Shown here: positions 25,501 through 40,500 of the stretch, piece after piece
Layout of the letters: every line of letters begins with the position of its first letter
Numbering within the stretch: position 1 is the stretch's first letter
Source: Nemertoderma westbladi
Taxonomy: Eukaryota; Animalia; Xenacoelomorpha
Assembly: GCA_032718475.1 (NCBI GenBank)
Contig: JAUCBJ010009140.1
Coordinates: 52,488 to 116,487 of the forward strand
Length of the DNA stretch: 64,000 nt
Reading direction: 5' to 3'
The notes under the pieces: generated by a model
Told to the model about the DNA's origin: nothing
Databases searched by the model: none
What the model saw: only the letters and a program-made list of their open reading frames with translations
Translations under genes and position numbers: made by a program

Positions 25501-28500
25501 GGGAGGGCGAATACTGTCACTATCCATCAATATTCTTTATTTCTTATCATATACCAAGTTCACATTATAGCTGGATGGCCAAAGTTAGTTCCTCGGAGTC
25601 AACCGCTTAACGAAAACTGGGCTATTCCTTTTCTGGGGCTCGAACTCACGACCTTACGGGTGGAAGACTGAAGCTTTAACCACCTGGAGATGCAGAAAAT
25701 GACCTTGTATATGTACATAAATTTTGACAGACGATATATTAATTCGCCGAGATGGTATTTACACCCCCCCCCCCCCCCCCCCCCCCCCCTCCCCTACTCC
25801 TTAGTTTATAGTAGGTCATAGGGTCATCGGATTGTGATATTTTTCCAATATATCGTTACATTTGCTACTAATATCTACAATAAACATTCCTTATAACAGT
25901 CCCAACTAACGAACAAGCGTGCGCTACGCAATCTAAGATTAAAGTCCACATTCAACTTCACTTATTAAATATAATAAATTGTTGATTTATATTCACAGCT
26001 CGACGATGTATATGGAAAATATTTATTAAACAAAAAAAATGGATATTCAATCTTTAGTTGAATCGAGTAGGTCAGACGATGTTAAAACTTTATTCGCCAA
26101 AACACCTGAAACTAAAGTCTATAAACGCCGATGGTACATATTGGCGTTGTTCTGCTCGGTTGGATTTGTGGAGTTCATGAACTGGAATACCTGGGCGCCT
26201 ATCGAGGCTTCAGCAAAACTCGTTTATACATGGGAGAACAGCGACATAGCGCTTCTAGAGAACTGGGGGTTCATTACGCTTCTATTGGGAACAACCGTGA
26301 CCACTTGGCTACTAGATAGCAAGGGGATGCGGGTTACTATGGTAATAACGATCGCCTTGGTTACAGCCGGCGCCGGTCTGCGTTGCATTACCATGGAACC
26401 CACCGCGGCGACGTGGTTGATAAACATTGGCCAAATACTTAACGGATTCGCAGGTGTTCTACCAAACGCCGGGGCGCCCCTTCTATCGGTGTTGTGGTTC
26501 CCTAGCAACCAACGACGCACTGCTACGGCGGCGGCCACTACCAGCATGTACGGGGGGCTCGCGTTATCATTTGTGGTCGGCCCCGCCATCGTTAAGGAGT
26601 CTAAAACGCATATTGAGCCACCCAATTATCTCCATCCACTTACCCTGGGGATAACAAACCAATCGTATTCGAGTTACCAAGGAAACGAACAGGATACCCG
26701 AAACTCGAAATCTGATTCGACACATTTATTTGGAAATCAAACTGACCCCATAACGGAACAACGACGACAGATACAGACTCTTGTCTACTTGGAGTTCGGT
26801 ATTTCCGCGTTGCTGTTGATACTCGTGTTAATTTACTTCCCGGAAAAGCCACCTATACCACCTACAGCCTCAGCCTCATCCATAAGAACAGATTTCAAAA
26901 AGGGAAGTGTTACCATTCTTAGAGACAGAAACTTTTGGTTTTTAGCTTTGGTTTACGCGGTTTTCTCAGGTTTAGTAATCTCTTATCTTTCTGTTCTAAG
27001 CGTTGATTTGGAGACTTTTGGTATAAGTCAGGAGACCGCAGGCTGGGTTGGTTTCTATGCGACATTGGCCGGCGCTTTAGGGAGCATACTATTTGCTAGG
27101 ATCACAGATGTTATGGATATTGGAATGCAAACTGTAGTATTGTTAGCTTGCGTTGTCGGTACAGTAATGTTTTACGCGTTCACCATGGTAGCTAAAGGTT
27201 ACTTCCCTATGACAGTAGCGTCGGTGTACGCTACTATTATAGCCACGGGATTATGCGCTAACGGAATAGTTCCGCTACTGTTTGAAATGGCGGCAGAGTT
27301 GTTCTATCCAGTGAGTGAGGAGTTAATAGCTGGGATGATGATGGTAGTTCAGAATGGAGTGGCAATGTTGTTGTTACTGGTCATGATGATACCTAATATC
27401 GGGGTTTCTTGGTTGGACTGGACAGTACTAGCCGGTATCACCATGTCGGTCCCCGTAATCGCTGCAGTGAACGCGACTAATAAACGAAGCAACTTCGATA
27501 AATTAAAGAGTCAAAAATCACTCAATTATATTCCTTAGTTAACAAAATCTTATTATTTTATGGGCAAAAAGGCCAAACTTCTATAAGAAGAATTGTAATA
27601 AAGCACCTAACCATTCGTTATTATATAATCTAACAATTTTTATCTGATAAGCGTTTCAAATCACTGTGATAAATAATCTTCAAAAAGTATGAGAACGATT
27701 TTTGAGGGGGGTAAACCGTCCCTTAGGATATATTGACTGACCGCCTTGCAAGATGCTACTTTTACTATCGGTTTTAGCATTACGTAGCAGGGCCCTCACA
27801 CAATCAACTTTTGTTGCGAGAAGTTTGTTTACAGATATTTTTCTAAAGAAAATGTTGATAAACCAAGTTTCAATACAAAAGTTGTTAGGGTCAGCCTGTT
27901 AGATGTTGCTGAAACTTACACCACCTGAGGTCATCCAATAGGCAATAGCATAGAGTTCACATGCAAACAAAATTAAATTGGTAAATCAGTGGTTTCTAAT
28001 TAATATAACTTTCGTTGGGCATAGCTTAGCTAATTCGGTCACCAGTTCGATCCCACCTGGGTGTCATTTGCTAAGCAGTGCCAAAATAAAATTATAAAAA
28101 ATTACAAAAATACCTAATTGTGATAACAATATAATTATCAGAAACTCCAGGGTGTCTATGGGAAACTTCCGTTGCTAAGCACTTTATAGTAAATTAAAAT
28201 ATAATTTTGCAATTTTGTTAACTTTATGTTTTTAAATACTGAAATGTACGTACATATTATATCAATTGGTGTTCGCCGTTTACTTTCAGTTGACATAACA
28301 GGTCGGGGTTTCCGTGAAGCAGAACAGCAAGACGTCAGGGATCAGCTGCCACCATACCGACCTGGACTGCCTTCCAAAAGTCGAGACATAGGGGGAGGGG
28401 GGGGGGGGGGGGGGTCTCTTGACGTAAATCCCATTATTAGTATTTAGCTGATTAGCAGTAATTAGCTGATATTTGAGTCGATTTCCCCTTGAGAGGCACA

Positions 28501-31500
28501 CATCGGCCCTCAAAGAATTATAGTCATTCCATTCACTTCACAGTTATAACTTGTGCCACAACTTCTTTCATTCGATTTTTATACGATAGCAGCAGTGCAC
28601 GAAAAAAGTATGTGGATGGAAGAAAGGAGTTTCCTAATTCCTGAACGGTTTCAGGTTTATCTAATAATAAAGGATTACCTCTATATGCATTCTAAGGCCT
28701 AGCCTAGCACTAAGTAAGCTATAGGTCAGACTCGAAATTTCAATGCATAACTGCATCGCTTATTTACGGTATTTCTTAGTAAATGTTAAAAGTAATTTAG
28801 TAATTTAGCCTATAAGTAGTAATTTAGGTAATTCCGGATTTCCGGTAACTATGGTAACTAAGGACAATTAAAGTTTGACAAAACAAATTCATGAATGAAT
28901 GTGAGAATCTTTTAGGCTGTTAAGCCAAGGAATGCCCGTTCAGCACCATGGGTGATCTTCCACAGTAAACCCTTCCACTCTGTTTCCTAAAGGAGTGCCT
29001 GTTCACCACCATGGGTGATCTTCCACAGTAAACCCTTCCACTCTGTTTCCTAAAGGAATGCCCGTTCACCACCATTGGAGATCTTCCACAGTAAACCCTT
29101 CCACTCTGTTTCCTAAAGGAATGCCTGTTCACCACCATGGGTGATCTTCCACAGCAAACCCTTCCACTCTGTTTCCTAAAGGAATGCCTGTTCACCACCA
29201 TGGGTGATGTGATCTACCAAAGTAAAGCCTTCCATTCTGTTCTCCTAAAGGAATGCCTGTTCACCACCATGGGTGATCTTCCACAGTAAACCCTTCCACT
29301 CTGTTTCCTAAAGGAATGCCTGTTCACCACCATGGGTGATCTTCCACAGTAAACCCTTCCACTCTGTTTCCTAAAGGAGTGCCTGTTCACCACCATGGGT
29401 GATCTTCCACAGTAAACCCTTCCACTCTGTTTCCTAAAGGAATGCCTGTTCACCACCATGGGTGATCTTCCACAGTAAACCCTTCCACTCTGTTTCCTAA
29501 AGGAATGCTTGTTCACCACCATGGTTGATCTTCCACAGTAAACCCTTCCACTCTGTTTCCTAAAGGAATGCCTGTTCACCACCATGGTTGATCTTCCACA
29601 GTAAACCCTTCCACTCTGTTTCCTAAAGGAATGCCTGTTCACCACCATGGTTGATCTTCTACAGTAAACCCTTCCAATCTGTTTCCTAAAGGAGTGCCTG
29701 TTCAGCACCATGGGTGATCTTCCACAGTAAACCCTTCCACTCTGTTTCCTAAAGGAATACCTGTTCACCACCATGGGTGATCTTCCACAGTAAACCCTTC
29801 CACTCTGTTTCCTAAAGGAGTGCCTGTTCAGCACCATGGGTGATCTTCCACAGTAAACCCTTCCACTCTGTTTCCTAAAGGAATGCCTGTTCTCCACCAT
29901 GGGTGATCTTCCACAGTAAACCCTTCCACTCTGTTTCCTAAAGGAATGCCTGTTAACCACCATGGGTGATCTTCCATAGTAAACCCTTCCACTCTGTTAC
30001 CTAAAGGAATGCCTGTTCTCCACCATGGGTGATCTTCCACAGTAAACCCTTCCACTCTGTTTGCTAAATGAATGCCTGTTCACCACCATGGTTGATCTTC
30101 CACAGTAAACCCTTCCACTCTGTTTTCTAAAGGAATGCCTGTTCTCCACCATGGTTGATCTTCCACAGTAAACCCTTCCACTCTGTTTCCTAAAGGAATG
30201 CTTGTTCACCACCATGGTTGATCTTCCACAGTAAACCCTTCCACTCTGTTTCCTAAAGGAATGCCTGTTCACCACCATGGTTGATCTTCTACAGTAAACC
30301 CTTCCAATCTGTTTCCTAAAGGAGTGCCTGTTCAGCACCATGGGTGATCTTCCACAGTAAACCCTTCCACTCTGTTTCCTAAAGGAATACCTGTTCACCA
30401 CCATGGGTGATCTTCCACAGTAAACCCTTCCACTCTGTTTCCTAAAGGAGTGCCTGTTCAGCACCATGGGTGATCTTCCACAGTAAACCCTTCCACTCTG
30501 TTCTCCACCATGGGTGATCTTCCACAGTAAACCCTTCCACTCTGTTTCCTAAAGGAATGCCTGTTCACCACCATCAGTGATCTTCCACAGTAAACCCTTC
30601 CACTCTGTTTCCTAAAGGAATACCTGTTCACCACCATGGGTGATTACTGATCTTCCACAGTAATCCCTTCCACTCTGTTTCCTAAAGGAGTTCCTGTTCA
30701 GCACCATGGGTGATCTTCCACAGTAAACCTTCCACTCTGTTTCCTAAAGGAATACCTGTTCACCACCATGGGTGATCTTCCACAGTAAACCCTTCCACTC
30801 TGTTTCCTAAAGGAGTGCCTGTTCAGCACCATGGGTGATCTTCCACAGTAAACCCTTCCACTCTGTTTCCTAAAGGAATGCCTGTTCTCCACCATGGTTG
30901 ATCTTCCACAGTAAACCCTTCCACTCTGTTTGCTAAATGAATGCCTGTTCACCACCATGGGTGATCTTCCACAGTAAACCCTTCCACTCTGTTTCCTAAA
31001 GGAATGCTTGTTCACCACCATGGTTGATCTTCCACAGTAAACCCTTCCACTCTGTTTCCTAAAGGAATGCCTGTTCACCACCATGGTTGATCTTCTACAG
31101 TAAACCCTTCCAATCTGTTTCCTAAAGGAGTGCCTGTTCAGCACCATGGGTGATCTTCCACAGTAAACCCTTCCACTCTGTTTCCTAAAGGAATGCCTGT
31201 TCTCCACCATGGTTGATCTTCCACAGTAAACCCTTCCACTCTGTTTCCTAAAGGAATGCTTGTTCACCACCATGGTTGATCTTCCACAGTAAACCCTTCC
31301 ACTCTGTTTCCTAAAGGAATGCCTGTTCACCACCATGGTTGATCTTCTACAGTAAACCCTTCCAATCTGTTTCCTAAAGGAGTGCCTGTTCAGCACCATG
31401 GGTGATCTTCCACAGTAAACCCTTCCACTCTGTTTGCTAAATGAATGCCTGTTCACCACCATGGTTGATCTTCCACAGTAAACCCTTCCACTCTGTTTCC

Positions 31501-34500
31501 TAAAGGAATGCTTGTTCACCACCATGGTTGATCTTCCACAGTAAACCCTTCCACTCTGTTTCCTAAAGGAATACCTATTCACCACCATGGGTGATCTTCC
31601 ACAGTAAACCCTTCCACTCTGTTTCCTAAAGGAATGCCTGTTCTCCACCATGGGTGATCTTCCACAGTAAACCCTTCCACTCTGTTTGCTAAATGAATGC
31701 CTGTTCACTACCATGGTTGATCTTCCACAGTAAACCCTTCCACTCTGTTTCCTAAAGGAGTGCCTGTTCAGCAACATGGGTGATCTTCCACAGTAAACCC
31801 TTCCACTCTGTTTCCTAAAGGAATGCCTGTTCTCCACCATGGTTGATCTTCCACAGTAAACCCTTCCACTCTGTTTGCTAAATGAATGCCTGTTCACCAC
31901 CATGGGTGATCTTCCACAGTAAACCCTTCCACTCTGTTTCCTAAAGGAATGCTTGTTCACCACCATGGTTGATCTTCCACAGTAAACCCTTCCACTCTGT
32001 TTCCTAAAGGAATGCCTGTTCACCACCATGGTTGATCTTCTACAGTAAACCCTTCCAATCTGTTTCCTAAAGGAGTGCCTGTTCAGCACCATGGGTGATC
32101 TTCCACAGTAAACCCTTCCACTCTGTTTCCTAAAGGAATGCCTGTTCTCCACCATGGTTGATCTTCCACAGTAAACCCTTCCACTCTGTTTCCTAAAGGA
32201 ATGCTTGTTCACCACCATGGTTGATCTTCCACAGTAAACCCTTCCACTCTGTTTGCTAAATGAATGCCTGTTCACCACCATGGTTGATCTTCCACAGTAA
32301 ACCCTTCCACTCTGTTTCCTAAAGGAATGCTTGTTCACCACCATGGTTGATCTTCCACAGTAAACCCTTCCACTCTGTTTCCTAAAGGAATACCTATTCA
32401 CCACCATGGGTGATCTTCCACAGTAAACCCTTCCACTCTGTTTCCTAAAGGAATGCCTGTTCTCCACCATGGGTGATCTTCCACAGTAAACCCTTCCACT
32501 CTGTTTCCTAAAGGAATGCCTGTTAACCACCATGGGTGATCTTCCATAGTAAACCCTTCCACTCTGTTACCTAAAGGAATGCCTGTTCTCCACCATGGGT
32601 GATCTTCCACAGTAAACCCTTCCACTCGGTTTGCTAAATGAATGCCTGTTCTCCACCATGGTTGATCTTCCACAGTAAACCCTTCCACTCTGTTTTCTAA
32701 AGGAATGCCTGTTCACCACCATGGTTGATCTTCCACAGTAAACCCTTCCACTCTGTTTCCTAAAGGAATGCTTGTTCACCACCATGGTTGATCTTCCACA
32801 GTAAACCCTTCCACTCTGTTTCCTAAAGGAATGCCTGTTCACCACCATGGTTGATCTTCTACAGTAAACCCTTCCAATCTGTTTCCTAAAGGAGTGCCTG
32901 TTCAGCACCATGGGTGATCTTCCACAGTAAACCCTTCCACTCTGTTTCCTAAAGGAATACCTGTTCACCACCATGGGTGATCTTCCACAGTAAACCCTTC
33001 CACTCTGTTTCCTAAAGGAGTGCCTGTTCAGCACCATGGGTGATCTTCCACAGTAAACCCTTCCACTCTGTTCTCCACCATGGGTGATCTTCCACAGTAA
33101 ACCCTTCCACTCTGTTTCCTAAAGGAATGCCTGTTCACCACCATCAGTGATCTTCCACAGTAAACCCTTCCACTCTGTTTCCTAAAGGAATACCTGTTCA
33201 CCACCATGGGTGATTACTGATCTTCCACAGTAATCCCTTCCACTCTGTTTCCTAAAGGAGTTCCTGTTCAGCACCATGGGTGATCTTCCACAGTAAACCT
33301 TCCACTCTGTTTCCTAAAGGAATACCTGTTCACCACCATGGGTGATCTTCCACAGTAAACCCTTCCACTCTGTTTCCTAAAGGAGTGCCTGTTCAGCACC
33401 ATGGGTGATCTTCCACAGTAAACCCTTCCACTCTGTTTCCTAAAGGAATGCCTGTTCTCCACCATGGTTGATCTTCCACAGTAAACCCTTCCACTCTGTT
33501 TGCTAAATAAATGCCTGTTCACCACCATGGGTGATCTTCCACAGTAAACCCTTCCACTCTGTTTCCTAAAGGAATGCTTGTTCACCACCATGGTTGATCT
33601 TCCACAGTAAACCCTTCCACTCTGTTTCCTAAAGGAATGCCTGTTCACCACCATGGTTGATCTTCTACAGTAAACCCTTCCAATCTGTTTCCTAAAGGAA
33701 TGCCTGTTCACCACCATGGTTGATCTTCTACAGTAAACCCTTCCAATCTGTTTCCTAAAGGAGTGCCTGTTCAGCACCATGGGTGATCTTCCACAGTAAA
33801 CCCTTCCACTCTGTTTCCTAAAGGAATGCCTGTTCTCCACCATGGTTGATCTTCCACAGTAAACCCTTCCACTCTGTTTCCTAAAGGAATGCTTGTTCAC
33901 CACCATGGTTGATCTTCCACAGTAAACCCTTCCACTCTGTTTCCTAAAGGAATGCCTGTTCACCACCATGGTTGATCTTCTACAGTAAACCCTTCCAATC
34001 TGTTTCCTAAAGGAGTGCCTGTTCAGCACCATGGGTGATCTTCCACAGTAAACCCTTCCACTCTGTTTGCTAAATGAATGCCTGTTCACCACCATGGTTG
34101 ATCTTCCACAGTAAACCCTTCCACTCTGTTTCCTAAAGGAATGCTTGTTCACCACCATGGTTGATCTTCCACAGTAAACCCTTCCACTCTGTTTCCTAAA
34201 GGAATACCTGTTCACCACCATAGTTGATCTTCCACAGTAAACCCTTCCACTCTGTTTCCTAAAGGAATACCTATTCACCACCATGGGTGATCTTCCACAG
34301 TAAACCCTTCCACTCTGTTTCCTAAAGGAATGCCTGTTCTCCACCATGGGTGATCTTCCACAGTAAACCCTTCCACTCTGTTTCCTAAAGGAATGCCTGT
34401 TAACCACCATGGGTGATCTTCCATAGTAAACCCTTCCACTCTGTTACCTAAAGGAATGCCTGTTCTCCACCATGGGTGATCTTCCACAGTAAACCCTTCC

Positions 34501-37500
34501 ACTCTGTTTGCTAAATGAATGCCTGTTCTCCACCATGGGTGATCCTCCACAGTAAACCCTTCCACTCTGTTTTCTAAAGGAATGCCTGTTCTCCACCATG
34601 GTTGATCTTCCACAGTAAACCCTTCCACTCTGTTTCCTAAAGGAATGCCTGTTCAGCACCATGGTTGATCTTCTACAGTAAACCCTTCCAATCTGTTTCC
34701 TAAAGGAGTGCCTGTTCAGCACCATGGGTGATCTTCCACAGTAAACCCTTCCACTCTGTTTCCTAAAGGAATACCTGTTCACCACCATGGGTGATCTTCC
34801 ACAGTAAACCCTTCCACTCTGTTTGCTAAATGAATGCCTGTTCTCCACCATGGGTGATCCTCCACAGTAAACCCTTCCACTCTGTTTTCTAAAGGAATGC
34901 CTGTTCTCCACCATGGTTGATCTTCCACAGTAAACCCTTCCACTCTGTTTCCTAAAGGAATGCCTGTTCAGCACCATGGTTGATCTTCTACAGTAAACCC
35001 TTCCAATCTGTTTCCTAAAGGAGTGCCTGTTCAGCACCATGGGTGATCTTCCACAGTAAACCCTTCCACTCTGTTTCCTAAAGGAATGCCTGTTCACTCC
35101 ACCATGGGTGATCTTCCACAGTAAACCCTTCCACTCTGTTTCCTAAAGGAATGCCTGTTCACCACCATGGTTGATCTTCCACAGTAAACCCTTCCACTCT
35201 GTTTCCTAAAGGAATGCCTGTTCACCACCATGGTTGATCTTCTACAGTAAACCCTTCCAATCTGTTTCCTAAAGGAGTGCCTGTTCAGCACCATGGGTGA
35301 TCTTCCACAGTAAACCCTTCCACTCTGTTTCCTAAAGGAATGCCTGTTCACTACCATGGTTGATCTTCCACAGTAAACCCTTCCACTCTGTTTCCTAAAG
35401 GAATGCTTGTTCACCACCATGGTTGATCTTCCACAGTAAACCCTTCCACTCTGTTTCCTAAAGGAATGCCTGTTCACCACCATGGTTGATCTTCTACAGT
35501 AAACCCTTCCAATCTGTTTCCTAAAGGAGTGCCTGTTCAGCACCATGGGTGATCTTCCACAGTAAACCCTTCCACTCTGTTTCCTAAAGGAATACCTGTT
35601 CACCACCATGGGTGATCTTCCACAGTAAACCCTTCCACTCTGTTTCCTAAAGGAGTGCCTGTTCAGCACCATGGGTGATCTTCCACAGTAAACCCTTCCA
35701 CTCTGTTCTCCACCATGGGTGATCTTCCACAGTAAACCCTTCCACTCTGTTTCCTAAAGGAATGCCTGTTCACCACCATCAGTGATCTTCCACAGTAAAC
35801 CCTTCCACTCTGTTTCCTAAAGGAATACCTGTTCACCACCATGGGTGATTACTGATCTTCCACAGTAATCCCTTCCACTCTGTTTCCTAAAGGAGTTCCT
35901 GTTCAGCACCATGGGTGATCTTCCACAGTAAACCTTCCACTCTGTTTCCTAAAGGAATACCTGTTCACCACCATGGGTGATCTTCCACAGTAAACCCTTC
36001 CACTCTGTTTCCTAAAGGAGTGCCTGTTCAGCACCATGGGTGATCTTCCACAGTAAACCCTTCCACTCTGTTTCCTAAAGGAATGCCTGTTCTCCACCAT
36101 GGTTGATCTTCCACAGTAAACCCTTCCACTCTGTTTGCTAAATGAATGCCTGTTCACCACCATGGGTGATCTTCCACAGTAAACCCTTCCACTCTGTTTC
36201 CTAAAGGAATGCTTGTTCACCACCATGGTTGATCTTCCACAGTAAACCCTTCCACTCTGTTTCCTAAAGGAATGCCTGTTCACCACCATGGTTGATCTTC
36301 TACAGTAAACCCTTCCAATCTGTTTCCTAAAGGAGTGCCTGTTCAGCACCATGGGTGATCTTCCACAGTAAACCCTTCCACTCTGTTTCCTAAAGGAATG
36401 CCTGTTCTCCACCATGGTTGATCTTCCACAGTAAACCCTTCCACTCTGTTTCCTAAAGGAATGCTTGTTCACCACCATGGTTGATCTTCCACAGTAAACC
36501 CTTCCACTCTGTTTCCTAAAGGAATGCCTGTTCACCACCATGGTTGATCTTCTACAGTAAACCCTTCCAATCTGTTTCCTAAAGGAGTGCCTGTTCAGCA
36601 CCATGGGTGATCTTCCACAGTAAACCCTTCCACTCTGTTTGCTAAATGAATGCCTGTTCACCACCATGGTTGATCTTCCACAGTAAACCCTTCCACTCTG
36701 TTTCCTAAAGGAATGCTTGTTCACCACCATGGTTGATCTTCCACAGTAAACCCTTCCACTCTGTTTCCTAAAGGAATACCTATTCACCACCATGGGTGAT
36801 CTTCCACAGTAAACCCTTCCACTCTGTTTCCTAAAGGAATGCCTGTTCTCCACCATGGGTGATCTTCCACAGTAAACCCTTCCACTCTGTTTGCTAAATG
36901 AATGCCTGTTCACTACCATGGTTGATCTTCCACAGTAAACCCTTCCACTCTGTTTCCTAAAGGAGTGCCTGTTCAGCAACATGGGTGATCTTCCACAGTA
37001 AACCCTTCCACTCTGTTTCCTAAAGGAATGCCTGTTCTCCACCATGGTTGATCTTCCACAGTAAACCCTTCCACTCTGTTTGCTAAATGAATGCCTGTTC
37101 ACCACCATGGGTGATCTTCCACAGTAAACCCTTCCACTCTGTTTCCTAAAGGAATGCTTGTTCACCACCATGGTTGATCTTCCACAGTAAACCCTTCCAC
37201 TCTGTTTCCTAAAGGAATGCCTGTTCACCACCATGGTTGATCTTCTACAGTAAACCCTTCCAATCTGTTTCCTAAAGGAGTGCCTGTTCAGCACCATGGG
37301 TGATCTTCCACAGTAAACCCTTCCACTCTGTTTCCTAAAGGAATGCCTGTTCTCCACCATGGTTGATCTTCCACAGTAAACCCTTCCACTCTGTTTCCTA
37401 AAGGAATGCTTGTTCACCACCATGGTTGATCTTCCACAGTAAACCCTTCCACTCTGTTTGCTAAATGAATGCCTGTTCACCACCATGGTTGATCTTCCAC

Positions 37501-40500
37501 AGTAAACCCTTCCACTCTGTTTCCTAAAGGAATGCTTGTTCACCACCATGGTTGATCTTCCACAGTAAACCCTTCCACTCTGTTTCCTAAAGGAATACCT
37601 ATTCACCACCATGGGTGATCTTCCACAGTAAACCCTTCCACTCTGTTTCCTAAAGGAATGCCTGTTCTCCACCATGGGTGATCTTCCACAGTAAACCCTT
37701 CCACTCTGTTTCCTAAAGGAATGCCTGTTAACCACCATGGGTGATCTTCCATAGTAAACCCTTCCACTCTGTTACCTAAAGGAATGCCTGTTCTCCACCA
37801 TGGGTGATCTTCCACAGTAAACCCTTCCACTCGGTTTGCTAAATGAATGCCTGTTCTCCACCATGGTTGATCTTCCACAGTAAACCCTTCCACTCTGTTT
37901 TCTAAAGGAATGCCTGTTCACCACCATGGTTGATCTTCCACAGTAAACCCTTCCACTCTGTTTCCTAAAGGAATGCTTGTTCACCACCATGGTTGATCTT
38001 CCACAGTAAACCCTTCCACTCTGTTTCCTAAAGGAATGCCTGTTCACCACCATGGTTGATCTTCTACAGTAAACCCTTCCAATCTGTTTCCTAAAGGAGT
38101 GCCTGTTCAGCACCATGGGTGATCTTCCACAGTAAACCCTTCCACTCTGTTTCCTAAAGGAATACCTGTTCACCACCATGGGTGATCTTCCACAGTAAAC
38201 CCTTCCACTCTGTTTCCTAAAGGAGTGCCTGTTCAGCACCATGGGTGATCTTCCACAGTAAACCCTTCCACTCTGTTCTCCACCATGGGTGATCTTCCAC
38301 AGTAAACCCTTCCACTCTGTTTCCTAAAGGAATGCCTGTTCACCACCATCAGTGATCTTCCACAGTAAACCCTTCCACTCTGTTTCCTAAAGGAATACCT
38401 GTTCACCACCATGGGTGATTACTGATCTTCCACAGTAATCCCTTCCACTCTGTTTCCTAAAGGAGTTCCTGTTCAGCACCATGGGTGATCTTCCACAGTA
38501 AACCTTCCACTCTGTTTCCTAAAGGAATACCTGTTCACCACCATGGGTGATCTTCCACAGTAAACCCTTCCACTCTGTTTCCTAAAGGAGTGCCTGTTCA
38601 GCACCATGGGTGATCTTCCACAGTAAACCCTTCCACTCTGTTTCCTAAAGGAATGCCTGTTCTCCACCATGGTTGATCTTCCACAGTAAACCCTTCCACT
38701 CTGTTTGCTAAATAAATGCCTGTTCACCACCATGGGTGATCTTCCACAGTAAACCCTTCCACTCTGTTTCCTAAAGGAATGCTTGTTCACCACCATGGTT
38801 GATCTTCCACAGTAAACCCTTCCACTCTGTTTCCTAAAGGAATGCCTGTTCACCACCATGGTTGATCTTCTACAGTAAACCCTTCCAATCTGTTTCCTAA
38901 AGGAATGCCTGTTCACCACCATGGTTGATCTTCTACAGTAAACCCTTCCAATCTGTTTCCTAAAGGAGTGCCTGTTCAGCACCATGGGTGATCTTCCACA
39001 GTAAACCCTTCCACTCTGTTTCCTAAAGGAATGCCTGTTCTCCACCATGGTTGATCTTCCACAGTAAACCCTTCCACTCTGTTTCCTAAAGGAATGCTTG
39101 TTCACCACCATGGTTGATCTTCCACAGTAAACCCTTCCACTCTGTTTCCTAAAGGAATGCCTGTTCACCACCATGGTTGATCTTCTACAGTAAACCCTTC
39201 CAATCTGTTTCCTAAAGGAGTGCCTGTTCAGCACCATGGGTGATCTTCCACAGTAAACCCTTCCACTCTGTTTGCTAAATGAATGCCTGTTCACCACCAT
39301 GGTTGATCTTCCACAGTAAACCCTTCCACTCTGTTTCCTAAAGGAATGCTTGTTCACCACCATGGTTGATCTTCCACAGTAAACCCTTCCACTCTGTTTC
39401 CTAAAGGAATACCTGTTCACCACCATAGTTGATCTTCCACAGTAAACCCTTCCACTCTGTTTCCTAAAGGAATACCTATTCACCACCATGGGTGATCTTC
39501 CACAGTAAACCCTTCCACTCTGTTTCCTAAAGGAATGCCTGTTCTCCACCATGGGTGATCTTCCACAGTAAACCCTTCCACTCTGTTTCCTAAAGGAATG
39601 CCTGTTAACCACCATGGGTGATCTTCCATAGTAAACCCTTCCACTCTGTTACCTAAAGGAATGCCTGTTCTCCACCATGGGTGATCTTCCACAGTAAACC
39701 CTTCCACTCTGTTTGCTAAATGAATGCCTGTTCTCCACCATGGGTGATCCTCCACAGTAAACCCTTCCACTCTGTTTTCTAAAGGAATGCCTGTTCTCCA
39801 CCATGGTTGATCTTCCACAGTAAACCCTTCCACTCTGTTTCCTAAAGGAATGCCTGTTCAGCACCATGGTTGATCTTCTACAGTAAACCCTTCCAATCTG
39901 TTTCCTAAAGGAGTGCCTGTTCAGCACCATGGGTGATCTTCCACAGTAAACCCTTCCACTCTGTTTCCTAAAGGAATACCTGTTCACCACCATGGGTGAT
40001 CTTCCACAGTAAACCCTTCCACTCTGTTTGCTAAATGAATGCCTGTTCTCCACCATGGGTGATCCTCCACAGTAAACCCTTCCACTCTGTTTTCTAAAGG
40101 AATGCCTGTTCTCCACCATGGTTGATCTTCCACAGTAAACCCTTCCACTCTGTTTCCTAAAGGAATGCCTGTTCAGCACCATGGTTGATCTTCTACAGTA
40201 AACCCTTCCAATCTGTTTCCTAAAGGAGTGCCTGTTCAGCACCATGGGTGATCTTCCACAGTAAACCCTTCCACTCTGTTTCCTAAAGGAATGCCTGTTC
40301 ACTACCATGGTTGATCTTCCACAGTAAACCCTTCCACTCTGTTTCCTAAAGGAATGCTTGTTCACCACCATGGTTGATCTTCCACAGTAAACCCTTCCAC
40401 TCTGTTTCCTAAAGGAATGCCTGTTCACCACCATGGTTGATCTTCTACAGTAAACCCTTCCAATCTGTTTCCTAAAGGAGTGCCTGTTCAGCACCATGGG

